A stretch of DNA of 64,000 nt from NCBI RefSeq assembly GCF_006345805.1, contig NC_042997.1, forward strand, positions 64,356,001 to 64,420,000. Reading direction: 5' to 3'. The notes below the pieces were generated by a model. That model had not been told where the DNA came from, did no database searches, and was given only the letters and a program-made list of their open reading frames with translations. The translations under genes and the position numbers were made by a program. The stretch is from Octopus sinensis (taxonomy: Eukaryota). Within the stretch, counting starts at the first letter, position 1. Every line of letters begins with the position of its first letter. This document shows, in pieces, positions 26,567-40,029 of the stretch.

Positions 26567-26995
26567 TTCCATTTTTATTTTTATTTTATTTGTAACGAAA
26601 AATTTCCATGAAGCTGATTTGTTTTCGGTGGCTATATGTCTTGCGTATATTTCCACTACGAAAGTATCGCAGGTCTATTGTACTTATCGGAATTCAAGTA
26701 ACAAGAGTAGCTCTACCTTGCCATTGTTTTCAAGTAAAATGTTTGTTACATGTATAATCTTATCCTTTTCACTTCCTCGACTATTACAATTACCTTTGTT
26801 GCAACTATATCCATTAATATGTTATTCATTTTGAATTGGATCTCCTTATAGTTTCTTTTGAATAGTACTTGTAATTTCCTATTTCATACTTTCCCTTCGG
26901 TTTCAGAAACTCAATGTGATAAGTATTAAGGTAAAAATGAATTTTTTGTCACTGTACAGGTTGAGATACATACACAAGTACGTTTATATATATAA

Positions 26996-27058
<63 letters not shown>

Positions 27059-28488
27059 AACACACATATAAAAACGTAGAAGCTAACACGCACAAACATA
27101 CAAAGAAGCACATGTTTGCTGATATATATGCATGCGTGTAAGCTCATGAAAGTCTGTGATAAAATATTAAATTTCAATTTTTCTGGTATTTACACCAAAG
27201 TTATGAACAGTTTTTGCCAAAGGATATATAGATGAGTGTTATTGATTTCAGATTATGCTTCATGCCTTTCATTGCACATAACTTTGTTTTGCATATTATC
27301 GCTAAGACATATGAATGCAGATATACATTATTGTAGAAAGATCGTGTTTATGATTTAGATGCTTTGCTTTTGCAAACCTATACACAGTATAAAAAGAAAT
27401 ATTACTACTTGGCGGCCGAGAGCACATCTCATATATTCAACAGTAATTCATCAACAAAGGAATTCTTTAAATAATTACTGATCAATAAATGAAGCACTTC
27501 AAACTCTGGAAAAACTGTAAAGCCATTCAGTGGTAAGCCATAGATTTCTTTGTGGTAAAAGGAATGCAAAACACTAATGAAATCTGAATTATAATCAATG
27601 TACTCTGTATGATTACATTTACAGATTTACGCTTCATTGTATACCGTTTTATTTTCTGTTGGGTGAATAACGTGTTCTGTTTTAGTTTAGAGAAAAACCA
27701 TATGAATCATTCATTTACCTTTCTTTGTATATATATATACATATATATAACTGAAGAGAAATAACATCCATTGCGAAATAGAAGACGATTCCACCGTTTT
27801 CTTTTATTCGCAATAAGCGTATTAAAAGTAAAGAGTATAGCGGAAATGCAATATCAAACTATGTAGAGAATAAGGCTAATAATGATCTTGAATTAGTTAC
27901 ATCCAATTATGCTCTCCTTTCAATTCTTTCCAGCTGACTACTTCCTTTTACCCCACCCAAGTACATATTATAAGTTGCAATATTATTTTATAATTCTGTT
28001 TAGTTTCTTGGTACGTAAATGTAATTATAAATATCTTCGTTTGGCATTCATCATTTTACCGATTGAATTTTGAGACCGTAAGTGAAAACTTTATTGTTGA
28101 AATTAAATACTCAATCATGCCAAATATATTTGTATACGCCATCATTAAACATATGGTGCATGATACTCGCCATGCGTCAATATAGCTTTCTGATTTGATT
28201 TCAAACCATATGTTTTACAGATGATGAAGTAAATATCTTGACAGAATTTTGGTTTGTTCAGTGATATTCCCAAATGAATAAATACAATGTCTTTCTTCTG
28301 AGAACACTACTAGTCGACGTTTTCATGCAAACTTTGAGAATGACAGAAAATAAAATATGAGTGGGAAGAAAATTTGAAGGTAACACGCGCTTCTGTTTTT
28401 ACTCTTTATTTTTTGAGACACTCTCCCCAGTTGCCATTCATGTCATTGGAAAGCAAGGTTCTTACCACACAGCTATGCCTGACCCTTC

Positions 28489-28567
<79 letters not shown>

Positions 28568-28615
28568 GATTTATATATATATTATATCATATTATATTAT
28601 TATATTATATTATAT

Positions 28616-28666
<51 letters not shown>

Positions 28667-28683
28667 GTGTGTGTGTGTGCGTG

Positions 28684-28788
28684 TTAAGGGATTCAAAGTC
28701 GTACCGGTTTCGTCAGTTACTGTTAACTGGCTTTGAATGCGCACCGAACAGTAATTGACGAAAACGGTATGACTTTGAATCCCTTTAA
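28684..28788. repeat. 39-bp-arm hairpin with 22-nt loop, TTAA near both ends
   Basis: 28686-28724 pairs with 28747-28785; on the plus strand there are two G-U wobbles and one G-A mismatch. Confidence 0.9.
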
Positions 28789-30891
28789 CAATTCATGATA
28801 TTGATTTTTATTCCTCTTAATTCTGCCTCAGTTCATCTAATTGTATATATTTATCTTGACTTTTCATTAAAAAGCCTATATTTTATTATATTCAATGTGC
28901 ATTTTCGCATTTTTCTCCTTACTTTCCCTATATATATATATATGTGCGTGTGGGGGTGTGTGCTTATAAACATGTGTGTATGTGTGTGTGTACTGGTATA
29001 ACCCGATCTAAGGAAAGATTGTTGTTAAATTAATAAGAATTCATTGAGATGTGCATAATGTTTAAAGAATCTGTACCTCATTTCCTATTATTCGTTTTAA
29101 AGAAATAATCGTATATGTTAACCAAACAATTTTCAGTACCCCACAGGAGTATTCGTTATGTGTGTTCGTCAACTCTGTCCCTAAACTAACGAAATCCTTC
29201 TTCAAATTACTTAGAAATTTCTTACGTCTACATCATAGATTTAATGAAACATTTATTAGCATCACATGTAAAATTGATTATTGGAGCACACTAAAATTTA
29301 GCCAATCGATGCTTCACCTGAAAGGCACCAGCTTTTCACAGAACAGTTTAAACTGCAGTTGTATTCTTATGGGTAATAAAAATTCCAATTGGATCATCCT
29401 CATACTTGTTCCATAGAAACTAAGTGATTAGCCCTTGATGTAGTTCACCAGTGTAACATAAAATCTATCAACACTTCGCATAATACTATTTTCATCACTC
29501 AAACCATTTGTATTTATGAATTAAAATTTTCGTCGTAATTTCAGGAATTCAAAAGAATGAATGAATAATTTGTACTCTAGCTTATGCGGGATATGAAAAT
29601 AGAAATTTATCATACAGGTTAAAACTGAAAAAATACAGAATCATATTGTGGAATATATATATGCACAAATGACACGGTTGTTTACGAATAGTATAGGAAT
29701 TAGTCATAAAGTACCCTAAGGAACGCATTTCAAATATAAGAATATTACGTCCTTAATGCAAAAAATATAAACCGTTTATTTTCACTCTACGATATAACGT
29801 ATCCTTTTCGGTAACACTGCAGTTTTATTGCAAGAAATTACAATTAGAATTTTAAAAGTTTTCTAGACCTAATTCTAATCGTTTCCTACTTTCTGCAACT
29901 ATCCCATAAATGTTATTAATTGTATTTAGATATTTTACACAGCATGTTTTTTTTATCTAATAACTACAAGGGATATGATGTATTTAAAATTCCTTGTCAA
30001 GCAATCGTATTTATTGTTTTACTAGGTTAGCATGTTGCCGTAGCTATTCTCCAAAATTACATAACGCCATAGTAATTGGTAACCTACAACTTAAATTAAA
30101 ATAATCCTGATTTTTTTTAATGTAATAACTTCAGGAAACTTCCTTGAGATTTTATGGATAAAGAGTTCCGAAATAGTTATTACACTTGCTTCTACGCTTA
30201 AAAATCATCATAATTAACTTTCTTAACTAATTCCTACATCAACATCATTTCATCTGTCTCACATCATCATTTACTTTAGCGCAATTCAAGTTGCAGTTAA
30301 ACTTCTTATACATAACTTCTTTACTCGGTATCTACCTTGCCGTTCGTCTCTACAAGGACGATAAAATGCTTCACCTGTAGCAAAATTTTAAATCATACTT
30401 ATTCCTAGTGTTTCATATTGTCATACACACCTAACTTTAAAGCAAACATACTATACATTGTGTGGAATTTAATTCTGATTTAATTTAAAATTTTCCTTTC
30501 ACAAAACTCTATTCATTCCTTTCTCTAAAATGTATCTTCATAAAATACTAATCCTTTTACTGCTCACTTTATTATATAATTTATTGTTTTTGATATTTAT
30601 ATTATGCAACCAGAATGTTATACTTCAATGTGTTATAGATATACACCTATCTGTATATGTAATACTAAAATCATATTAAGCAATAGTTCACCTGATTTGA
30701 ATGTACTAAACAATAAAATAACCTACATTTTACTTTCATCCTATCGAGAACAATTATATATATATATATATGCATACATATAGGATATACGATATAAGTG
30801 TGTGCGTGCGTGCGTGTATGTATTCTGTTAACCAGTGAACTCTGAGAAATGAACTATTATGTTCGTTTCTTTTGTATTCCTGATATTCGGT

Positions 30892-30922
<31 letters not shown>

Positions 30923-31529
30923 CTCTCTCTCTCTATCTCTCTCTCTCTCTCTCTCTCGCTTTTCACCGATGCATTTTTCTTATTTTAATTTTCTTTTCAC
31001 TGTGTCTCTTTGTCTCTTTTCACCTCATCTATTCTCTTATTTTAATTTTTCTCTCTAGCATCAATTTTATTCCATATATTTATCCGCTCTCTTATTTTTA
31101 TATTGCTTCTTTTCCACAGTTTAAAATATCTAAATTGCCAACGGTAACTTTCTCTCTCCTATCTATCAAGCGTTTTCTCCGTGTTCTTTTTCTGGTTCTT
31201 TCCGAACAATAACTTCCGTTTCTATGAACCAATTTCAGCAGCGTCAATTGAAGTCCAACTATTACAAAATTTATTTATGTAGGAACCTAGAAAGACTAGC
31301 TTTGCACTAAATGTCTTTAAGCTCCCATTCATCATTTTCGTTAAAAAAAATTAAGTATCACTATTAACTTTGGAATATCCTAAGCTTCTAAAATGTCTGC
31401 TATGTGAAGCGAAGTGTGCTAATACTTGCTTTGCACACATAAATACGTCATACAACCATATATATATATATATATATATATGCATATATGTAAATATATA
31501 TATATATATATGTATATATAGATGTATAT

Positions 31530-31611
<82 letters not shown>

Positions 31612-31915
31612 GTGTGTATCTAGGGATGCGTATTAATAGGAGTGTATGAATAGCGTATGATCATTAGGAAACGTAATATACTGCAGGAAGAATATATAAT
31701 CCATTATAATACAGGCATATTATTTTTTATATTCTATATTCCATTGATTCAAAAGAATGTTTTACCGTGCTCTTCATGCATATGTAAAACTATTATTTAA
31801 AATATCAAGTCTTTTAAAACTTCTATACATGCAGCCGCACACCTACCTACCGACTTACAGACACATACACACACCCATACACAAGTAAATAAATTGACAG
31901 ATAAATAAATGGATA

Positions 31916-32200
<285 letters not shown>

Positions 32201-33939
32201 GTGTGCGTAAAGTGAATTTACAAGCCATATAATAAATTTGAAAGAAACTTTGACCGATTATCAAAAAGATGCACAAGAATATATTGAATTTGTGTGTGTG
32301 CGTATGTGTGTTTATGTGTGTGTATGTGTGTATACGTGCTTGTACTAGTTTTTACTGGTGCTTAGCAATGTTTTACTGTATACCTTAAGGTTATTGAAAT
32401 GTCTATTTGTCTTCTTTCATCTATTAAGTCAAACGTGTGTGTATAGTTCCTCTCATGCGCTATACGTTTGCTTAAATCTGTAATGTATCTCCGCATTTAG
32501 AATATATAAATGAACTTCAATTAGAATATATATAATGAACTTCATAACTTAGTATTATCACTTAAATTATATAATTCAGAGTTTTCCACGTTATCAAATT
32601 CTAATACTATCTATGTAATTCATTTGGCAACAAACGTAATAGTTGTTTGTTTATGATATAGTTAATATTGTGTAAATACCTTGCTACATTTATTTAGTCG
32701 TGAAAGAAAATTGATTCAGGTTTTATTTAAGCATAAATTAACTAGTATCTAATAGTAATGGTAGCATTCAAAGGTGCAGAACAAACGAAAATCAGTGCTG
32801 ATGACAGCGTAACCAAATGAAAGTTATTGATGTCGTATGCCAAATAATTAAAATGTTTCAACCGAGAATTTACTTAATATCCAAATGTTGCATTGACGGG
32901 TGCTGACCGCTTGCTCTATGATATCAGCAAGCAATGCATTTGCAATTTTGTTGTATCGCACGTATAAAATATCATATAGTTAAAGAGATAATTTCTAGGA
33001 AATGTAAATCATTTAACAGGAATGAGATCACTACAATTGTACACCACCGACATAACAGTTTCATATTCGTTATAAAGTAGTATTAGGAAACCTGGTAACA
33101 TCTTATTTCAAACTACAAAATACGTTTGGAGAATTCAGGAACATCACATAAAATAATACACTTATAAATTGTCTCTCTCTGTAATACATTGATGTAAGAT
33201 ATAGTACTTGAACTTATATTATTATAATCATTAATTGTAGAACACTGTAACGTGTTGTGTTCTTTTATATTTATCTTCAGAATATGTTTAACTGTAGTTA
33301 ACTGTAGCTCAGTTCGGTGGGAATAAGTTAAGAGTTGTATTTGGAAACTTTCTGACATGTAAAATTCAGATCGAATTAGGAGTGTATGTCACTATCCAAA
33401 ACTTGATTGAATTAAATTATTTCAATTTTCTTTCCCATTATCACATAATTGCTTGAACAGATTATTTGACATTTCCCCATCCATATTCGGAATTTTCTTT
33501 CTTGTATTCCATTTTTTCAGCCACTAAAACTCGTAAACAGAATGACGCATGTTTTTCCGAAAGTATGGATTCAAAACATGGTTGTTTACGCTTGATAAGT
33601 TTTTTCTAATTATATTTTGTGAAGATTGATTTTTCTAGATGAAAAGTATATAACAGAATTACATGGAACAAAACTAGAAACTTTCTCTATATTTTCCATA
33701 GGTATTCAATCACCACTACTTTCCATTCATATTTGAAACGATGAAATCAACAGAATAGTATATTTGTTAACAGTCGAGAGAAAATAGACATATGAATGAA
33801 TATCGATTTTTAATTTGTTGTTACTCATCTACATTCTTGTTGTTTGGCTCTAGATTGGCCTGTTTAATTCGTTAAAAATGGAGTCAAAGCTCTTTTTTTA
33901 GATATATCTATCACTATATATTTAGATGTGTTTAATATT

Positions 33940-34154
33940 GATTTCACATTTTGGGACAAGGCCAGCAAATTTGGATGTGGTGTTAAATCGATTATATGGA
34001 CCCCAGTGTTCAACTGGTACTATTTTATCATTCCTCAAATGATGAAAGGCAACTTTCATCTCAGTAGAATTTGAACTTCGATCGTAGAGACGGACGAAAT
34101 GCAATTACGCATTTTATCGTGCGTGCTAACGATCCTGCCAGATCGCAGTCTTAA
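33940..34154 (-). mobile_element. Degenerate SINE family A
   Basis: GCTAACGATCCTGCCAGATCGC..TTAA on the plus strand is the head in reverse; AATTTGAACT is the B box in reverse. Confidence 0.7.
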
Positions 34155-34429
34155 ATATATTTACTATTGGGGGGAATTCAAATAGATTTGCATGATTTTT
34201 CTTTGTCGTTAACGAAAACATCTAACACCTCCGGCGTATATTATACAGTGAAAAAATAGAAATTTAGCAATGCTAAAGAAAAGTTCAAAATTGCTTACAT
34301 TTTACAGATATCATTATTCCAATTGATTGGAGAATATCCAACTGCCAATTAACTTATTGTTTTCGCATTTAATTCATCACATCCAGAAATATGTGAAATG
34401 CATTAAAAAAATCATCCATTTATTAACAT

Positions 34430-34635
34430 TGGAGGCAGAAAACCTCTAATTTTGGGGGTGGTGACTAGTCGATTTATATCACCCAATTTTTTTTATTAGT
34501 ACTTAATTTATCGACCCTGAATTGATGAAACGCAATGTTGACTATGGCGGAATTTAAATTCAGAACATAGCGACGGGCGAAATACCACAAACATTTCGTT
34601 CAGCTGGCTAACTATTCTGCCAGCTCGCCGCTTTT
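34430..34635 (-). mobile_element. Degenerate SINE family A
   Basis: CTGCCAGCTCGCCGC head in reverse; ATTTATCGACCC body. Confidence 0.7.
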
Positions 34636-35040
34636 ATAAATTCATTAATAATGGCTTTCTTTCCACTCATTTTTCGTTCTATGGCGCTTTTTGCCGCATT
34701 ACTTACTTTCAGTAATATAGAGAAGTTCAAGTTTCAAATAAACAATCATATGTCGATGTATTTCTGAAACGTTTTGCTTATACAACGGCTTGTTTTTAAC
34801 TCTATTCAATAATAGGCACCATGAAACTCACATTTGCTATTCACCAAAGGCTAGATCATGTATTCTGCTCTTTATATGCGTACGCTTTCATTATACCATG
34901 AATATACTTATGTTAATGTGTATGTGCGTTAGTCAGTGCGTATATCCATACATGTATGAATTCGGTTCGTGCTTGTGCAATCACCTATCTCTCTGAACTT
35001 TTATTTACATATATGTATTGGCGCGCGTGTATATATATGT

Positions 35041-35080
<40 letters not shown>

Positions 35081-35771
35081 ATGTCTGTACACAAAGAGTG
35101 AATAAGAGAGAGCAAGTGAAAGACAGAGAGATAGAGAGAAAGAGATTGAGTGGGGAAGCGAAATATTCAGACACGTATGTGTAACTACGCGAAAGACGGA
35201 AAGAAAAGATCATGAAACAATTATTTGACAATTTATGTATGTGTGCGGGCGTGTGTATGCGCATGTACATACGTACATATACGTAGGTAGAGAGCTATAT
35301 CTACTGAGAGAGTTGATATATCTATAATAGTAAGTAAAAATGTGGAAATAGAAAGAGATCGCAAGGGTAGAATAGGAAAAGAGAAAGAAATTCATTTGGG
35401 TTTTCATTCCTTCTAACCATATTCTTAATAGTTAAAATGTAGCTACAATTAATGATGTGTGAGGAGCACTTAAATATATTGTTATGGCCTAAATAAGTTG
35501 TTCTTTTATTTCAGTATCTATAAAAACACTTCGTTTCAATAAGACATTTCGAAAAGAAAATTAATGCAAACAAGTAGAAAAACACGATAATGTATGTCTA
35601 CCTTGTAAGTATACTCCTCTCTAAGTAACTATCCATACTCATGCAAACACACAAACTCATATATAGGGGAGTATATCGATATGTATGCGTATTGTGCATC
35701 TATATATACATCTATACAGCATTCTATATATATAATATATATGTAATATATATATATATATATATATACAC

Positions 35772-35817
<46 letters not shown>

Positions 35818-35993
35818 CAGCATTTGGCAATATTTTACCAAAAACGAGACTGATAATTATCACTAAATGTTGTTAAGAAACACCTACTTAAATCTTTTTT
35901 GTGACTAAACCATCAATAAACCATCCATTATGGATGACGAAAAACATTTAAACTAATAGAGAAGCAAGCCGGACAAGCTGAGATGAAGAGGGA

Positions 35994-36040
35994 TTAACTG
36001 ACGAGGCAACGGAAATTTGCGAAACTGACGTCAGTATTGA
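35994..36040 (+). ncRNA. Compact type I hammerhead ribozyme motif with a 12-nt palindromic helix III
   Basis: TTAA-CTGACGA-G-GCAA(cggaaat)TTGC-GAAA-CTGACGTCAG-TA-TTGA. ACTGACGTCAGT is self-complementary; GUA triplet, predicted cut after 36036. Confidence 0.7.
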
Positions 36041-36186
36041 AAATTCTCCATCGGCAGCTTTCGGAAGATTCAGGTCTCTGTTAGTGGATATGTTTTCATT
36101 TATATTTTCAATTATTTAACTACAACTTTAGAGCACTTTCGCTCGTATTAGAGTAATACCCTCGTGACAGTTATACATATATATTA

Positions 36187-36403
36187 ATAAAGAGCAGGAG
36201 AACGGTGATATACGCATCTAAGTTTTATCATACAGTTAATCACATCGTTTTTCGTCACAACCTACGCGCAATTCTCCTGCAGCCACAACACACTTATCAG
36301 TGTTCCTCTTGGTGTTAACTACATCTGCAACTTGAGAAGAACAATGTGATTAACTGTGTAATATAGACTCGCACGAGCAAATCTCCGTTCTCCTGATTTT
36401 TAT
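36187..36403. mobile_element. Old MITE-like foldback with diverged arms of about 65 bp
   Basis: CAGGAGAACGG..CAGTTAATCACAT mirrored by ATGTGATTAACTG..CCGTTCTCCTG. Confidence 0.6.
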
Positions 36404-36431
36404 GAATTCCACTATTTTATCTCTATGGAAA

Positions 36432-36632
36432 TTAGCAGTCCTAATTAGAACATTTGGATTTACCAAGTGAGGATTAACGGAGTACAGTAAATTATAAGTA
36501 ACTTGAGTTTCAACATTCACTGTGGCTTGACTGCAATGACGGCCGATACGAACAAATGCGATATCCGCTAAGATTAGGATTATATGTCCCTCGATACCAT
36601 TTTGGAAATATTAATTTTGGAAATAACCCTCG

Positions 36633-36694
<62 letters not shown>

Positions 36695-36754
36695 ATTGAC
36701 TGTACTCCATTAATCCTCACTTAGTAAATCCAAATGTTCTAATTAGGACTACTA

Positions 36755-36755
<1 letters not shown>
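36432..36755. mobile_element. MITE-like element with 65-bp terminal inverted repeats
   Basis: 36432-36496 vs 36691-36755: reverse-complement match with four substitutions; internal (AT)n. Confidence 0.75.
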
Positions 36756-36785
<30 letters not shown>

Positions 36786-37272
36786 CACACATATCTATAT
36801 ATATATATATATATATGCATATACAGAGAGAGAAAGGAAGAAAGAGAATGAGAGAGAAAGAGGAAAAGGTATGTACGTATATGACAGTGTCCCTGCATGC
36901 ACGAATAAATATACGTGTATCCTCACAAGCGGATGCGTGTGCGCATCGCCTAAACGTTTTTAGTCGTCACTATTTTTCTTAGTAAGCATAAAACTTGATG
37001 CTAGTAATTAATTTTTCTGCTCTAGTTACTTTTAATAAACTAGAATTCATATCAGGATTTATTCATACATATATCTCCTACCGTATGTATAATCACAAAT
37101 ATGTCAATAGAGAATACATATTCACCTATATATAAATGCAGTAGCTATTCAAGACATTTCATCAATATTAACTATATGCAATTATATATAATATATATAT
37201 ATGTGTATATATATGTATACATACATGTATATATACATATACATATATATATATATATACATACAGACACAT

Positions 37273-37311
<39 letters not shown>

Positions 37312-37839
37312 AACGCACACACACACATACACACACATATATATGCATATAAATTTATACGTCTGCGTCTTTGAAATTACGCATTGATTTATTTTCCATA
37401 AATATTTGCCGCAATGAATAGGTGGAGAAGAAATAAAAATCCGTTTTTTTCTCTTTATGCATTTTCAATAAGTACACATCAAAGATATGAAGTACTCCAT
37501 GAAACGATAATATTTCATTACTACAACTTTAAAATTAATATTTGTTTCAGTGTATATTTCACGTCTAAGTGATTGCGAAGATAAATGCCGAATCAAATAT
37601 AGCTTCTTGATTTTCTTACAAATGACTAGAAAAGTCTATATATATATATAATATATATATATACAGACATACAGGCGCATATACTTGTATCTGCACGCAT
37701 GCACACACACACACACACACACATTCACACACACTCACACCCAAACACACACTCTTATGTATATAAACGATCCGTCGTTATTGCTTAAAAACACAAATCT
37801 TGCGCCATCCAAGGATATAAACGTGTTTGTGTGTATGTA

Positions 37840-37983
37840 TATATGTATGCATATATATATAAATATATGCATATATATATATATATATACATATTATATA
37901 TATATATATATTATATTATATATATATATATTATAATATATATATAGTATATATATATATACATATTTATACATATATATATG

Positions 37984-38059
<76 letters not shown>

Positions 38060-38070
38060 TTATACATATA

Positions 38071-38121
<51 letters not shown>

Positions 38122-38171
38122 CTATCTATCTATATATAATATATATATATATAATATATATATATATATAT

Positions 38172-38207
<36 letters not shown>
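37840..38207. repeat. Long imperfect (AT)n tract
   Basis: Read directly. Confidence 0.95.
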
Positions 38208-38237
38208 GTGCGTGTCTGTGTGCGTATATATTCTCTA

Positions 38238-38283
38238 CTAATGAGTGGAAAATCCTTTAGATTAATCCCGAAATCGTTCGATC
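38238..38283 (+). ncRNA. Decayed hammerhead-like motif (G5A core change)
   Basis: CTAATGA-G(T)GGA..TCCC-GAAA-TCG(tt)CGA-TC; stem I not recoverable. Confidence 0.35.
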
Positions 38284-38491
38284 CGGAAATAATGAATTAA
38301 AAAAAAATTCCATCAGCTTGCTTCCTCCGTTTCAACACGGCGTGCATTTATAGTGATACATATTGTATATGGTTATTAACGCTTTAAAGTCTATTTCTCA
38401 GCATATTAGCATAGAAACGTTTCCTTTTTCCTTTATTTATAATTCCGTGTATATGTATATATATGTATAAATGTATGTATGTATATATATA

Positions 38492-38554
<63 letters not shown>

Positions 38555-39504
38555 GACTCCATTTAGGCTTTATAATTTATACTTTAATGTTATATTTCTT
38601 AATGTTTCTTTAGTTGTTGTTCTAGTATTCGCCACTACGCTATCAAAGTGTTCCTCCATTCATTAGTAACACACCACCAATGAGGGATTGCTATCGCTTT
38701 GTACTTCTTTGTACCGTTTATCATCACTCAAATTTACTATCGCTCCAGTCCTCATAAGGCTGCTAATCTCTTTTTCACGCCCATATATCTTTCGCCGGTC
38801 ACCATTTACCAACATTCATTACAAGATCGCTGATCACAGCAGTCGTCTTTCACGTGGTTTGTCACCTTCCCCTGCACATTACTCATTTCCCTATAACTAA
38901 TAATTTCTATTACGATCTTCCTTATTATTTTTTTCTTTTCTCAATTCCAGCATTTTATTATCTGCAATTCTGCACCCTTCTTATCCTTTTATTTTTCTCC
39001 TTTTCTAGTTTCTATGTCAGTTTCTATTCAATTTCTTTATCGATATTCATCGCATATCTCCCTATGATTATCTTCTCGGGGCACATTTTCTCCTTCGCTT
39101 TGTCTTTCTCGTTCTCTCTCTGTCCCTCTCCTTTTCCTCTCCCAACGTCTCAATTTACTCCCGTTTTCCCAATCTTGCTCTGCTTCTCTTTCGTCGCACA
39201 TTTTGTTTTATACGATGGACACGAATCAAACCATTGGTGTTTATTACAGAACAATACGAGGTAAAGTAGAGTTACAGAAAAGTCCTTAGTCTGGGAGATA
39301 TCAATGCAATCGCAGGAGAATATGTCCGGAATAAAATTTTCGCAGTACATCATAGAAAGAATATGTGATAGAACTGATACCAGCTACTGAAAATTTAGCA
39401 AATATTTTGGCTCTCTTTGAATGTTTATTTCTGTGAGAGTGAGCATGTGTGTGAGCGTGCGTGTGCCTGTAAATGTGCGTGTGTATGTGTGTTTCTGTGT
39501 GTGT

Positions 39505-39541
<37 letters not shown>

Positions 39542-39769
39542 TACGTGTGTAAGTATGTTTGCGTGTATGTCCGAAGCCAGGCAAGGATTTTCTGCTATAT
39601 ATATATATATATATATATATAGTAAAAAGCAATTAAGATTCAAGTCAGTTCTATTGAATTCACTTGAATGCGGTACTTAACTTAGATGCACCAGAAAACT
39701 ATATGGTATTAACCATACAATAATGTGGGGTGATTATAAACGAGAAAAAAGCAACAAGAATGGATTAGT

Positions 39770-39861
39770 TTTTCAGTACAATTGTTTCATACAAAGACAA
39801 GCTTTATTAAAAACTGCAAATATTGCAGCAAATACAAGTGTCCCGTACTCATCAGCCAAAA
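39770..39861 (-). ncRNA. Type I hammerhead motif in the inverted pLTR (conserved core intact)
   Basis: Minus strand: TTTTGG-CTGATGA-GTAC..GTAT-GAAAC-AATT-GTA-CTGAAA; palindromic ACAATTGT; G10.1-U11.1 wobble. Confidence 0.75.
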
Positions 39862-40029
39862 CACATATGAGTTCTCCAAGCATCCTAGTGGGTGAGGCTA
39901 CACTCATGAAGTATCGGCGATAGTTCTATAAAAAGCAAATTTAGGTTGTAAGCAGACTTCCAAAGTTCTCAAATGATGATGCACAGTCTTATAACAGGTT
40001 TTAAAAAAGCTTGTTAGCTTCACAGAGAA

